Source of the DNA: Sediminibacterium sp.
Lineage (GTDB): Bacteria > Bacteroidota > Bacteroidia > Chitinophagales > Chitinophagaceae
Assembly: GCA_044239855.1 (NCBI GenBank)
Contig: JBIIAP010000001.1
Span: 1-35,506, forward strand
Direction of reading: 5' to 3'
DNA: 35,506 nt
Below the pieces are notes generated by a model. That model searched no databases and had not been told where the DNA came from. It worked only from the letters and a program-made list of their open reading frames with translations. A program made the translations under genes and the position numbers. Shown piece by piece: positions 18,925 to 27,298 of this stretch. The first letter of the stretch is position 1; the number at the start of each line of letters is the position of its first letter.

Positions 18925-19322
18925 TTAACCGGTTGAATATGACAAGGTCTATTAGGTTTGGGTCCGCCCCCTTCTTCAGCTCGTTTACATATGGGAGGCA
19001 ACTTATTATAAGATTCCGGATTTGCTTTCTCCTCATTCGCATCAAATCCGGCATTATTGATGGCTGCTTTAATCATACTTTCATCCGTTCTGTCCGGCCA
19101 ATATTGCACTTTAATTTCACCAATTAATACATTTATTTTCCATTGAATCATACCGCTCTCCATTCCGGATTTATTCTCCACTATCAGGTATTTATCTAAC
19201 CGATCTTTACACTCCCAACACTTAAGATTCGAAGATTTAATAGTTACCCACAATGGTTTTGCAGATTGAGCATTTAATAAATTAATGGAAAAAGCTAAAA
19301 AAAGAATAAACCAATATTTCAT
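18921..19322 (-). CDS. exported heavy-metal-associated (HMA) domain protein
   Basis: Signal peptide ending LNA|QS; CWEC motif; IKAAINNAGFDA; YNKLPPIC tail typical of Bacteroidota HMA proteins. Confidence 0.8.
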   Translation of the reverse strand: MKYWFILFLAFSINLLNAQSAKPLWVTIKSSNLKCWECKDRLDKYLIVENKSGMESGMIQWKINVLIGEIKVQYWPDRTDESMIKAAINNAGFDANEEKANPESYNKLPPICKRAEEGGGPKPNRPCHIQPVN

Positions 19323-19340
19323 GTGTACAAATTAAATGAG

Positions 19341-19382
19341 TTGAATAGATTGTATTGAATAGATTGTATTGAATTGAATTGA
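19341..19382. repeat. short tandem repeat
   Basis: TTGAATAGATTGTA x2 (19341-19368) followed by TTGAA TTGAA TTGA. Confidence 0.85.
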
Positions 19383-19385
19383 TGA

Positions 19386-20018
19386 TTAAATCCCTGACCA
19401 GCTTGCCGGGTCTTTAATCCAACTCATCAATGCTGCTTTATCACTATCGGATACCATTCCTTTTTCAATAGCCAATTCAATCATTGTGGCATAATTGGTT
19501 AATGATTTTAAAACAACTCCGGCTGCATCAAAGTTTTTCACTGCAATATCAAATCCATAGTTAAAAATAGATACCATCCCAACTATGTCCACTTCAGCTG
19601 CTTTAAGCACATCCACCACTTGCAAACTACTTTTCCCGGTAGAGATTAAGTCTTCTACTACAAGAATTTTTTGCCCTTTTGTATAGTTTCCTTCAATCTG
19701 ATTGCCCAATCCATGTTCTTTTGGTTTAGGACGTACATAAATAAATGGTAGTTTAAGTTGATCTGCTGCCATAGCGCCCCAAGGAATGCCCGCAGTTGCA
19801 ACACCAGCTAAAGATTCAGCTTCCGGAAAACTTTCAAAAATAACATTACATAATTCACTTTTAACAAAGTCTCTGATATAAGGGAATGACAAAACTTTAC
19901 GATTATCACAATAAATTGGACTTTTCCAACCACTTGCCCAAGTAAAAGGTGCATTCGGACTCAATTTAACAGCTTCTGCCTGTAATAATTTTTCTGCAAC
20001 TGCTTTTTCATTTGTCAT
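19386..20018 (-). CDS. pyrE: orotate phosphoribosyltransferase
   Basis: FTWASGWKSPIYCDNR, YVRPKPKEHG, VVEDLISTGKS PRPP motif. Confidence 0.97.
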   Translation of the reverse strand: MTNEKAVAEKLLQAEAVKLSPNAPFTWASGWKSPIYCDNRKVLSFPYIRDFVKSELCNVIFESFPEAESLAGVATAGIPWGAMAADQLKLPFIYVRPKPKEHGLGNQIEGNYTKGQKILVVEDLISTGKSSLQVVDVLKAAEVDIVGMVSIFNYGFDIAVKNFDAAGVVLKSLTNYATMIELAIEKGMVSDSDKAALMSWIKDPASWSGI

Positions 20019-20050
20019 ACTGCGAAAGTAAACCGATTTTTGAATTGTAA

Positions 20051-20506
20051 ATGAATATTTTACCCGATTTTAAGCATATGAAAGAGAAAAAAAAGATAAT
20101 AGCTGCCGGTGGGTTGGTTTTAAACGAGGATAAAGAAATTTTGATGATATTCAGAAGAGGATTTTGGGATTTACCGAAAGGGAAACTTGACCCGGATGAA
20201 ACAATTGAACATTGTGCTTTGAGAGAAGTACAAGAAGAGACAGGTCTAATTAATGTAACGCTAGGCCAATTTTTGACCATTACTTACCATGAATATTTTG
20301 ATACCTATTTACAGGAAGAGGTTATTAAAGAAAGTCACTGGTATTGCATGGTTGCAACAAGTAAACAACCCCTTATTCCACAATCTGAAGAAGACATTAC
20401 CGAAATCAAGTGGGTTAATCCATCTGATTTAAAAGAATGTTTGCAAAATACCTATCCAAATATTAAAGAAGTGTTGGCTGTTTTTTCTTCAATACAGCCA
20501 CTGTAA
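20051..20506 (+). CDS. NUDIX hydrolase
   Basis: Nudix box GKLDPDETIEHCALREVQEETG; AAGGLV, WDLPKG. The true start may be the ATG at 20078. Confidence 0.93.
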   Translation: MNILPDFKHMKEKKKIIAAGGLVLNEDKEILMIFRRGFWDLPKGKLDPDETIEHCALREVQEETGLINVTLGQFLTITYHEYFDTYLQEEVIKESHWYCMVATSKQPLIPQSEEDITEIKWVNPSDLKECLQNTYPNIKEVLAVFSSIQPL

Positions 20507-20906
20507 TACGGCTTATGCAAATTAATTTTTCTGACTGATCATATATTTTAATTTCCCAAACATGCGAATTAGAGCCAAGGTGAATGGGTTTAGTTATACC
20601 GGTCACCAATCCTTCACGCACGCTTCGTAAATGGTTGGCATTTATTTCCTGACCTACACAAACATATTCATTTAAGTCTACAACTAATGCAGCTCCAACA
20701 CTACCCAGGGTTTCCGCCAAAACAACTGAAGCCCCTCCATGTAGTATACCAAATGGCTGTTTCGTTCGATGATCTACAGGCATGGTTGCTTTCAAGTAAT
20801 CTGAGCCAATTTCAGTAAACTGAATACCAAGAAAATCACCCATGGTGTTTTTACCCATGTTATTAAAATCAGCAAGTACCAAATCATTTTTAAACCAAAT
20901 ACTCAT
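20463..20906 (-). CDS. hotdog-fold thioesterase (PaaI/MenI-YdiI-like)
   Basis: ATMPVDHRTKQPFGILHGGASVVLAETLGS, INANHLRS. Confidence 0.92.
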   Translation of the reverse strand: MSIWFKNDLVLADFNNMGKNTMGDFLGIQFTEIGSDYLKATMPVDHRTKQPFGILHGGASVVLAETLGSVGAALVVDLNEYVCVGQEINANHLRSVREGLVTGITKPIHLGSNSHVWEIKIYDQSEKLICISRITVAVLKKKQPTLL

Positions 20907-20923
20907 AGCAACTCAATATTATA

Positions 20924-21388
20924 TTAAAGGGAATGAATAACCGCATCGGGTAAAAAAGGAGAAGCATTTCCTCCATTTCTAATAATATCTCTAACAATGG
21001 TGGATGCTACGGATGTATATTTAGGTTCACCAGTTAAGAAAATGGTTTCTATTTTCTTATCCAATGTTCGATTAGCATCCGCAATAGTTTTTTCGTACTC
21101 GAAATCGCTTACATAACGAATTCCACGTAGAATAAATCGCGCGCCAATAGATTCACAAAAATTAACTGTAAGTCCTTCATATACCGTACTTTCTACTTTT
21201 GGCTCATCCTTATAAATTTCATTCACCCACGCCATCCGTTGATCGGCACTGAACATAGGACTTTTGGAAGAATTAATTCCTATACCTACTACAATTTTAT
21301 CGAATAGTGGCAAAGCGCGATTAATAATATCTGTATGGCCCAGAGTAACCGGATCAAATGTGCCGGGAAATAAACATATACGTTGCAT
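20924..21388 (-). CDS. coaD: pantetheine-phosphate adenylyltransferase
   Basis: FPGTFDPVTLGH, ILRGIR..SDFEYE, ASTIVRD. Confidence 0.97.
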   Translation of the reverse strand: MQRICLFPGTFDPVTLGHTDIINRALPLFDKIVVGIGINSSKSPMFSADQRMAWVNEIYKDEPKVESTVYEGLTVNFCESIGARFILRGIRYVSDFEYEKTIADANRTLDKKIETIFLTGEPKYTSVASTIVRDIIRNGGNASPFLPDAVIHSL

Positions 21389-21413
21389 AAACAGGAATTG
21401 AATTTTAATTTAA

Positions 21414-22343
21414 TTAATCATTCTCACGACCGGCAAGTAAATACAATGCTGCCATTCTTACGGCAACCCCATTTTCTACCTGATTTAAAATAATGGAAAA
21501 AGGCCCATCAGCTACGTCACTATCTAACTCCACTCCCCTATTGATTGGCCCAGGATGCATTATCACAATATCTTTTTTTAACTGCGCTAACATACTTCTT
21601 TTTATACCATATGCTAAATTATATTCTCTTAGTGAAGAAAATAATGGTTGATTTTGTCGCTCTAATTGAATGCGTAACACGTTTGCTACATCACACCAGT
21701 GCAATGCTTCTTGTAAATTATAAGTAACATTAACACCTAGTGCCTCAGAAATATATTTTGGTATCAATGTTGGTGGACCCACCACTAATATTTCAGCACC
21801 CATTTTCTTCAATAAGTAGATATTGCTTAATGCTACTCTACTGTGCATAATATCACCAATAATAGCCACTTTTAAGCCTTCTAATTTACCAAACTTTTCT
21901 TTCATTGAAAAAGCATCTAATAATGCCTGTGTGGGATGTTCATTAATGCCATCACCTGCATTTACAATAGCTGCAGGAATATGTTTTGCTAAAAAGTGAG
22001 GAGCACCGGATGCACTATGGCGCATTACTACCATATCTACCTTCATACTTAAAATATTATTCACCGTATCAAGCAAGGTTTCTCCTTTTGCTGCAGATGA
22101 GCTACTGGCAGTAAAATTAAGCACATCAGCAGATAGTCTTCTTTCTGCCAACTCAAAAGACATTCTGGTTCTTGTAGAATTCTCGTAGAATAGATTTACA
22201 ATAGTGATGTCTCGTAAAGAAGGGACTTTTTTTACCGGTCGGTTTAAAACCTCTTTAAATTGCTCTGCAGTGGAAAGAATAAGATTAATATCCTCTTTTG
22301 TGAGATCTTTAATACCAAGAAGGTGTTTGGTAGATAGTTTCAT
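21414..22343 (-). CDS. pyrB: aspartate carbamoyltransferase catalytic subunit
   Basis: FYENSTRTRMSFE, NAGDGINEHPTQ, RIQLER, MHPGPINRG. Confidence 0.98.
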   Translation of the reverse strand: MKLSTKHLLGIKDLTKEDINLILSTAEQFKEVLNRPVKKVPSLRDITIVNLFYENSTRTRMSFELAERRLSADVLNFTASSSSAAKGETLLDTVNNILSMKVDMVVMRHSASGAPHFLAKHIPAAIVNAGDGINEHPTQALLDAFSMKEKFGKLEGLKVAIIGDIMHSRVALSNIYLLKKMGAEILVVGPPTLIPKYISEALGVNVTYNLQEALHWCDVANVLRIQLERQNQPLFSSLREYNLAYGIKRSMLAQLKKDIVIMHPGPINRGVELDSDVADGPFSIILNQVENGVAVRMAALYLLAGREND

Positions 22344-22350
22344 TAAAATT

Positions 22351-22358
22351 CAAATATA
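22351..22358 (-). promoter_or_regulatory. -7 promoter element immediately upstream of pyrB (internal to pyrR-pyrB)
   Basis: TATATTTG on minus, exact TAnnTTTG, 7 nt before the pyrB ATG. Confidence 0.55.
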
Positions 22359-22363
22359 GTAGT

Positions 22364-22882
22364 TTACATTAAAATAACTTCGTCTTTTTCTTCATTTCCT
22401 CGCCAATTTACTTTAACTCTATCTGTTAATATTGTATCAATTGCTTTACCGGCAAAATCTGGTTGTATGGGCAATTCACGGCTGAATCTACGATCAATAA
22501 GCACACAAAGGGAAACTTTTGAAGGTCTGCCGAAGTCTAATAAAGCATCTAAAGCAGCTCTTATAGTTCTACCGGTATATAACACATCGTCTATAAGCAC
22601 AACCCGTTTACCTTCTATGCTAAACTTTATATCTGTTTGATTGGCAATATGTAAGCTTTTTCTTACATCATCCCGATAAAAAGTAATATCTAATTTGCCA
22701 TATTGCACCGGCAAAGATGAAATAGTTTTTAATTCAGCAACAATTCTATCGCTTAAAAAAATACCCCTTGGCTGAAGTCCGATAATAACGGTATTGTTCA
22801 AATCAGTAGTATTTTCCAATATTTGATTAGCCAATCGTTTTAACGTTAATGAAATCTGTTGTTCAGATAAAATAGTCTTCAA
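22364..22882 (-). CDS. pyrR: PyrR family pyrimidine regulator / uracil phosphoribosyltransferase
   Basis: TTG start; LDITFYRDD, VVLIDDVLYTGRTIRAALDAL, RELPIQPD. Confidence 0.93.
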   Translation of the reverse strand: MKTILSEQQISLTLKRLANQILENTTDLNNTVIIGLQPRGIFLSDRIVAELKTISSLPVQYGKLDITFYRDDVRKSLHIANQTDIKFSIEGKRVVLIDDVLYTGRTIRAALDALLDFGRPSKVSLCVLIDRRFSRELPIQPDFAGKAIDTILTDRVKVNWRGNEEKDEVILM

Positions 22883-22963
22883 AGTAGAAATTTTAATAAA
22901 AATAAATCCTTTATTCCATATTAAAATAGAATAATTAATGATGAACTGCTTTACTTTGTAATC

Positions 22964-24046
22964 ATGTTAATGTTAGAAGCGCTAGAACTGGTTCAATTCA
23001 GGAATTACCTTTCTCAAAAATGGGTATTTTCTGAACGAATAGTGGGCATTTGCGGTTTAAATGGAACAGGAAAAACCAATTTATTAGATGCTATATACTA
23101 TTTAGGATTTGCTAAGAGCTATTTCTCCAGAACGGATGCACAAAATGTGCGACACGGTGATGCCGGCATGCGGATTAATGGCAAATTTTTATTACATAAA
23201 GAGGTACAACAGGTTACTTGCATATTACGAGAAAACAATAAAAAAGAATTATCTGTAAATGATGAAATAATTAAAAAAATCACCGATCATGTAGGTAGAT
23301 TCCCCTGTGTAATGATTGCCCCCGACGATGTTGATTTAATTGCTGGTAGCGGTGAATCGAGAAGGAAAATGATGGATGCCATTTTATGCCAAACAAACAA
23401 ATCATATCTCCTGCAATTAATTGCCTACAATAAAATTTTACAACAAAGAAACAGTTTATTAAAACAAGGGGAGAACGGAGCTTCAATTGATCAAGTTCTT
23501 TTGCAAATTTTAAATAACCAATTGGTACAATCAGGAGAATTTATTCATCAATCCAGAACGTCTTTTTTGGCTGATTATATTCCAAATGTCATTAAATTAT
23601 ATACAGAAATTGCAGATAATGCTGAAGGGCTTAATTTGATTTACGACAGTCAGTTAAATACTACTTCATTCACGCAATTATTAGATACAAATTTTCAAAA
23701 AGATCTGATACTACAACGCACTACCAAAGGTATTCACAGAGATGATTTAAGATTAGAACTCAATCAGCATCCATTTAAATCAGAGGGTTCACAAGGCCAA
23801 CGCAAGAGTTTATTATTTGCGCTTAAACTTGCAGAATGGGAATATTTAAAAGAAAATAAGGGTTTGTCTCCTATTTTATTACTCGACGATGTATTTGAAA
23901 AATTAGATGAAAAACGAATGGTTCACTTAATGAATACCGTTTGTAGTTCATCATTTGGACAAGTATTTATCACAGACACCCACAGCAACAGACTAAATTT
24001 AAATTTAGCTCAAACTGGAGTGTCTTTTCAACTCCTAAACCTATAA
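22964..24046 (+). CDS. recF: DNA replication/repair protein RecF
   Basis: FRNY, Walker A GLNGTGKTN, GIHRDDL, GSQGQRKS, LLLDDVFEKLD, QVFIT. Confidence 0.96.
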   Translation: MLMLEALELVQFRNYLSQKWVFSERIVGICGLNGTGKTNLLDAIYYLGFAKSYFSRTDAQNVRHGDAGMRINGKFLLHKEVQQVTCILRENNKKELSVNDEIIKKITDHVGRFPCVMIAPDDVDLIAGSGESRRKMMDAILCQTNKSYLLQLIAYNKILQQRNSLLKQGENGASIDQVLLQILNNQLVQSGEFIHQSRTSFLADYIPNVIKLYTEIADNAEGLNLIYDSQLNTTSFTQLLDTNFQKDLILQRTTKGIHRDDLRLELNQHPFKSEGSQGQRKSLLFALKLAEWEYLKENKGLSPILLLDDVFEKLDEKRMVHLMNTVCSSSFGQVFITDTHSNRLNLNLAQTGVSFQLLNL

Positions 24047-24066
24047 AAAATCATTAACTTTATAGT

Positions 24067-24348
24067 ATGGGAGAAATGCATATTGGCGATGCGCTTAAAG
24101 GGTTCATTAAAAAAAGTCATTTAAAAAATGGAATCCGTTCTGTTCAGATAGAAGAGATATGGGAAAAGATGATGGGGAAAACCATATCAAAGTACACAGA
24201 TAAAATACAAATCATACAGAATAAACTGTTTATACAAACCCATGTTGGGCCGCTTAAAAATGAATTGCTTTATCAGAAACCTCAAATCATAGCCAGGATA
24301 AATGAAGCATTTGGGGAAACAATCATTACGGAAGTAATTATTCAATAA
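24067..24348 (+). CDS. dciA: DUF721 / DciA family helicase-loader-like protein
   Basis: 93 aa; W..MMG..I...T, LKNEL.Y.K..II.RINE..G pattern; downstream of recF, the usual position. Confidence 0.8.
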   Translation: MGEMHIGDALKGFIKKSHLKNGIRSVQIEEIWEKMMGKTISKYTDKIQIIQNKLFIQTHVGPLKNELLYQKPQIIARINEAFGETIITEVIIQ

Positions 24349-24370
24349 ATGAATTGATTGGTTAGCAGCT

Positions 24371-25420
24371 TTATCCCTGCATTTTTACTCTTGGATCTAT
24401 CCATCCATATAATAAATCGGCTAAAATATTCACTATAACAAAGAATGATGCGGTAATTAACACACTACCCATTACAACCGGAAAATCTAATTTTTCCAGG
24501 GCATCAACTGTTACTTTTCCGATACCTTTCCATCCAAAAATATATTCAACAAAAAAAGCACCAGCCAGTAATTCGGCAAACCAACCGGTGATAGCCGTAA
24601 CAACTGGGTTTAGTGCGTTACGTAAAGCATGTTTCCATATTACACGGGTTTTCTTTAGTCCTTTTGCATAAGCTGTTCTGATATAATCCTGCTCCAAAAC
24701 ATCTAACATAGCGCTTCTGGTAAGTTGGGTAATAATAGCTAAAGGACGAATACCTAAGGTTAACGCTGGAAGTATGATATTTTTAATCGCTAATTGTTTT
24801 CCAACAAAAGGATCTGTATAAAACAAACTTCCCGTCATTTGTAAGCCGGTATAGTTACTTAGTACAAAACCAAATAGATATGCCAATAATATCCCCATAA
24901 AAAATGAAGGAGCCGAAATGCCTAACACACTTGAAAATACAGCACTTGTATCTAACCAGGTATTTTGTTTAATCGCAGCAGTTACCCCCAAAAATATTCC
25001 GACTATAGTAGCAAACAACATAGCAGCCAAAGCCAATAACATCGTACCGGGTACCGCTTCAGCAAGTAAAGTACTTACTTGCTTTTTGGTTTGATACGAT
25101 CTTCGCAAATAAGGTATTTTTAGTCCTGCTTTATACGTGGTGCCTATAAAAATACCTTTCAGCTGTTTTGATTTTATTGCATCGTTGCTGTGCATACAAA
25201 TTGGTGAAACATCATTTACATAATAAACAAATTGTTTCCACAACGGTTGGTCTAACGCTAACTCTTTCCTGATATTTTGAATGGTTGCACTATCTCCTGA
25301 TTGGCCTAATACTAACCGAGCAGGATCTCCGAATCCCTGAAATAGAAAAAAAACAACCATTACCACTCCAAATAAAACTAGTATTCCGTAAGTGATTTTT
25401 TTTAATAAAAATGACAACAA
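24371..25420 (-). CDS. peptide ABC transporter permease (DppB/OppB family)
   Basis: TTG start; GDPA, LALDQP, RSAMLDVLEQDYIRTAYAKGL (EAA loop), HALRNA, IDPRV. Confidence 0.93.
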   Translation of the reverse strand: MLSFLLKKITYGILVLFGVVMVVFFLFQGFGDPARLVLGQSGDSATIQNIRKELALDQPLWKQFVYYVNDVSPICMHSNDAIKSKQLKGIFIGTTYKAGLKIPYLRRSYQTKKQVSTLLAEAVPGTMLLALAAMLFATIVGIFLGVTAAIKQNTWLDTSAVFSSVLGISAPSFFMGILLAYLFGFVLSNYTGLQMTGSLFYTDPFVGKQLAIKNIILPALTLGIRPLAIITQLTRSAMLDVLEQDYIRTAYAKGLKKTRVIWKHALRNALNPVVTAITGWFAELLAGAFFVEYIFGWKGIGKVTVDALEKLDFPVVMGSVLITASFFVIVNILADLLYGWIDPRVKMQG

Positions 25421-25487
25421 GGCTGATAGATTAGCGATATAACAAAATAGGTGCCAGTAAAAACCATTAAAGAAATTGAACTAATAA

Positions 25488-26585
25488 TTAATTCAATTTC
25501 TTTAATAATTTTGATACTTCAAGATAGCCATATTTTTCAATAATCAAATCTCCTTTCATTAAAAAATAAGTGGGTTTAACCCTGGCTGCTGTTTTTAAAA
25601 CAGTGGCATCGCATGAAAGAACTATTAAATCATTAAATGCATTTTTTAATAGTTCAGCTTCAGCTGAAACCAGTAGTATCGGAATATTCAACCGTTTTGC
25701 TTCCGGTAATACTTGCTTCAGACTTACCTCCCACTTATTATAATCTTCGGCATCCTGTACCATTAATAATATATAGGGTTGGGTGCTATTTAATAGATCA
25801 GCGGTGGTATCAACTTTATTCAGCGTAAATATTGAAAAATCATGAATAGCAGGCTTTAAATCATTCCCTTTTTTTACCAATACATCCTTTCTATCAATGT
25901 ATTGATAAGTAGAATCAAAATCTTCAGGAAAGTTAGATGGATTAAATGCTACCTTTTTGCCATTTTTACTGTAAATAAATTCTATAGACATGCTATCAGC
26001 AATAGCCCCTTCTGGCATCTTCATTTGTTGAAGCAGGTGATTCCCTTTTTTAAAGGGCAAACAGTCCACAAATGGTAAATATTTCAGCACATGCCATTGC
26101 AGAAAAAAAGTGAGCATTAACGTACTTCCTAATAGGACTTGAGCCAATATCGGGTAATTCGTTTCCTGAATTTTATAAGGATATAGTACTAAAAATAAAA
26201 TGAGCACCAGTAGCAACAAGTCTTTGTAAAAAGACTGTTTGGAAGATATCGGGAGGCAATCTCCAAAACAACCACAGCTTTTGATTTTTCCTGATAAATG
26301 AGCATAACCGGTTAGTATTGTAAAGAAAACAATTAATAAAAGTAACAACCAACTAAACTGCTTTATTCTCCAACCAATTAAAATAGCTACGCCTGCAAAT
26401 ACTTCAAATACATTTAACACAACAGAAAAGAACAACGAAAAATCATTCAGGAAATGTACATTCCATACTTCAAAAAATTCTTGCATCTTATAACTTAACC
26501 CAACAGGATCATTCACTTTCACTAATCCGGAGATAATAAATAATACTCCAACAATCCATCTTACGCTTTGCATAGTTAACTTCAT
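25488..26585 (-). CDS. BT_3928 family protein (DoxX/MauE-like N-terminus with CGCFG, soluble C-terminal domain)
   Basis: GVLFIISGLVKVNDPVG, SCGCFGDC, LPFVDCLPFKKG. Confidence 0.85.
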   Translation of the reverse strand: MKLTMQSVRWIVGVLFIISGLVKVNDPVGLSYKMQEFFEVWNVHFLNDFSLFFSVVLNVFEVFAGVAILIGWRIKQFSWLLLLLIVFFTILTGYAHLSGKIKSCGCFGDCLPISSKQSFYKDLLLLVLILFLVLYPYKIQETNYPILAQVLLGSTLMLTFFLQWHVLKYLPFVDCLPFKKGNHLLQQMKMPEGAIADSMSIEFIYSKNGKKVAFNPSNFPEDFDSTYQYIDRKDVLVKKGNDLKPAIHDFSIFTLNKVDTTADLLNSTQPYILLMVQDAEDYNKWEVSLKQVLPEAKRLNIPILLVSAEAELLKNAFNDLIVLSCDATVLKTAARVKPTYFLMKGDLIIEKYGYLEVSKLLKKLN

Positions 26586-26683
26586 TAGAATATAAATTTA
26601 TTGTTTAATAATGATGATTTAATCGTGCGCCAACAATTTGAAGGATTGGTATGCAAACGCTAGAAATTGTGCAGCTTGATAAA

Positions 26684-27229
26684 TTAATGTTTCCCTTCAC
26701 TAATTAAGATCAAAGCAAATACAGCATAGTTAATAATATCTACATAATTAGCATCAATACCTTCACTAATAATCGTTTTTCCGTCGTTTTGTAAAATTTG
26801 CTTGATGCGCAATAGTTTTACTAAAATCAAATCTGCAAAGCTCTCTTGACTCATTGCTCTCCAGGCTTCCCCATAATCATGATTTTTTGAAATCATGGTA
26901 TCTTTAGCCAATTGAATGCTTTTGTAATACAATTCACCGGTTACCTCCACATTAAGCTCTTCCACCGTAGCTTTATCAAAACCAAGCTGAATGAGTCCAA
27001 TTACTGCATAGTTTAATATTCCTTTAAATTCAGAGGGAATATCATCCCCTACTTTTTGGGTTTTAAGTTCCTGAATGGTTCTTATTCTAAGTGCTTTAAT
27101 AAATATTTGATCAACTACTGAAATTGTTCTTAATATTCTCCAAGCTGTACCATAGTCTTTCGTTTTTTTAATAAATATATTGGCTGCCGAAGCAACTGCA
27201 TGATCGTATTGTTCAATAGTATTCAGCAT
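26684..27229 (-). CDS. DUF1599 domain protein (two tandem domains)
   Basis: Internal repeat: KKTKDYGTAW..DQIFIKALRI..GILNYA and SKNHDYGEAW..DLILVKLLRI..DIINYA. Confidence 0.9.
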   Translation of the reverse strand: MLNTIEQYDHAVASAANIFIKKTKDYGTAWRILRTISVVDQIFIKALRIRTIQELKTQKVGDDIPSEFKGILNYAVIGLIQLGFDKATVEELNVEVTGELYYKSIQLAKDTMISKNHDYGEAWRAMSQESFADLILVKLLRIKQILQNDGKTIISEGIDANYVDIINYAVFALILISEGKH

Positions 27230-27298
27230 GTATTAATCCTTTATAGCTAATTTTATGAAATGTATTTAATTTGAGTGCAATTTAAATGAAACATCAGA

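Noticed and set aside
19341-19382. Mini-CRISPR interpretation of the tandem repeat
   Set aside because: The repeats are 14 bp, directly adjacent, with no spacers and no cas genes.
22883-22963. PyrR attenuator upstream of pyrR
   Set aside because: An 81-bp AT-rich gap shared with the recF promoter; no binding-loop consensus or terminator/antiterminator stems.
26586-26683. 98-bp gap with a somewhat GC-richer core: possible sRNA, riboswitch or small ORF
   Set aside because: No convincing hairpin, known RNA motif or ORF with a plausible start was found by eye.
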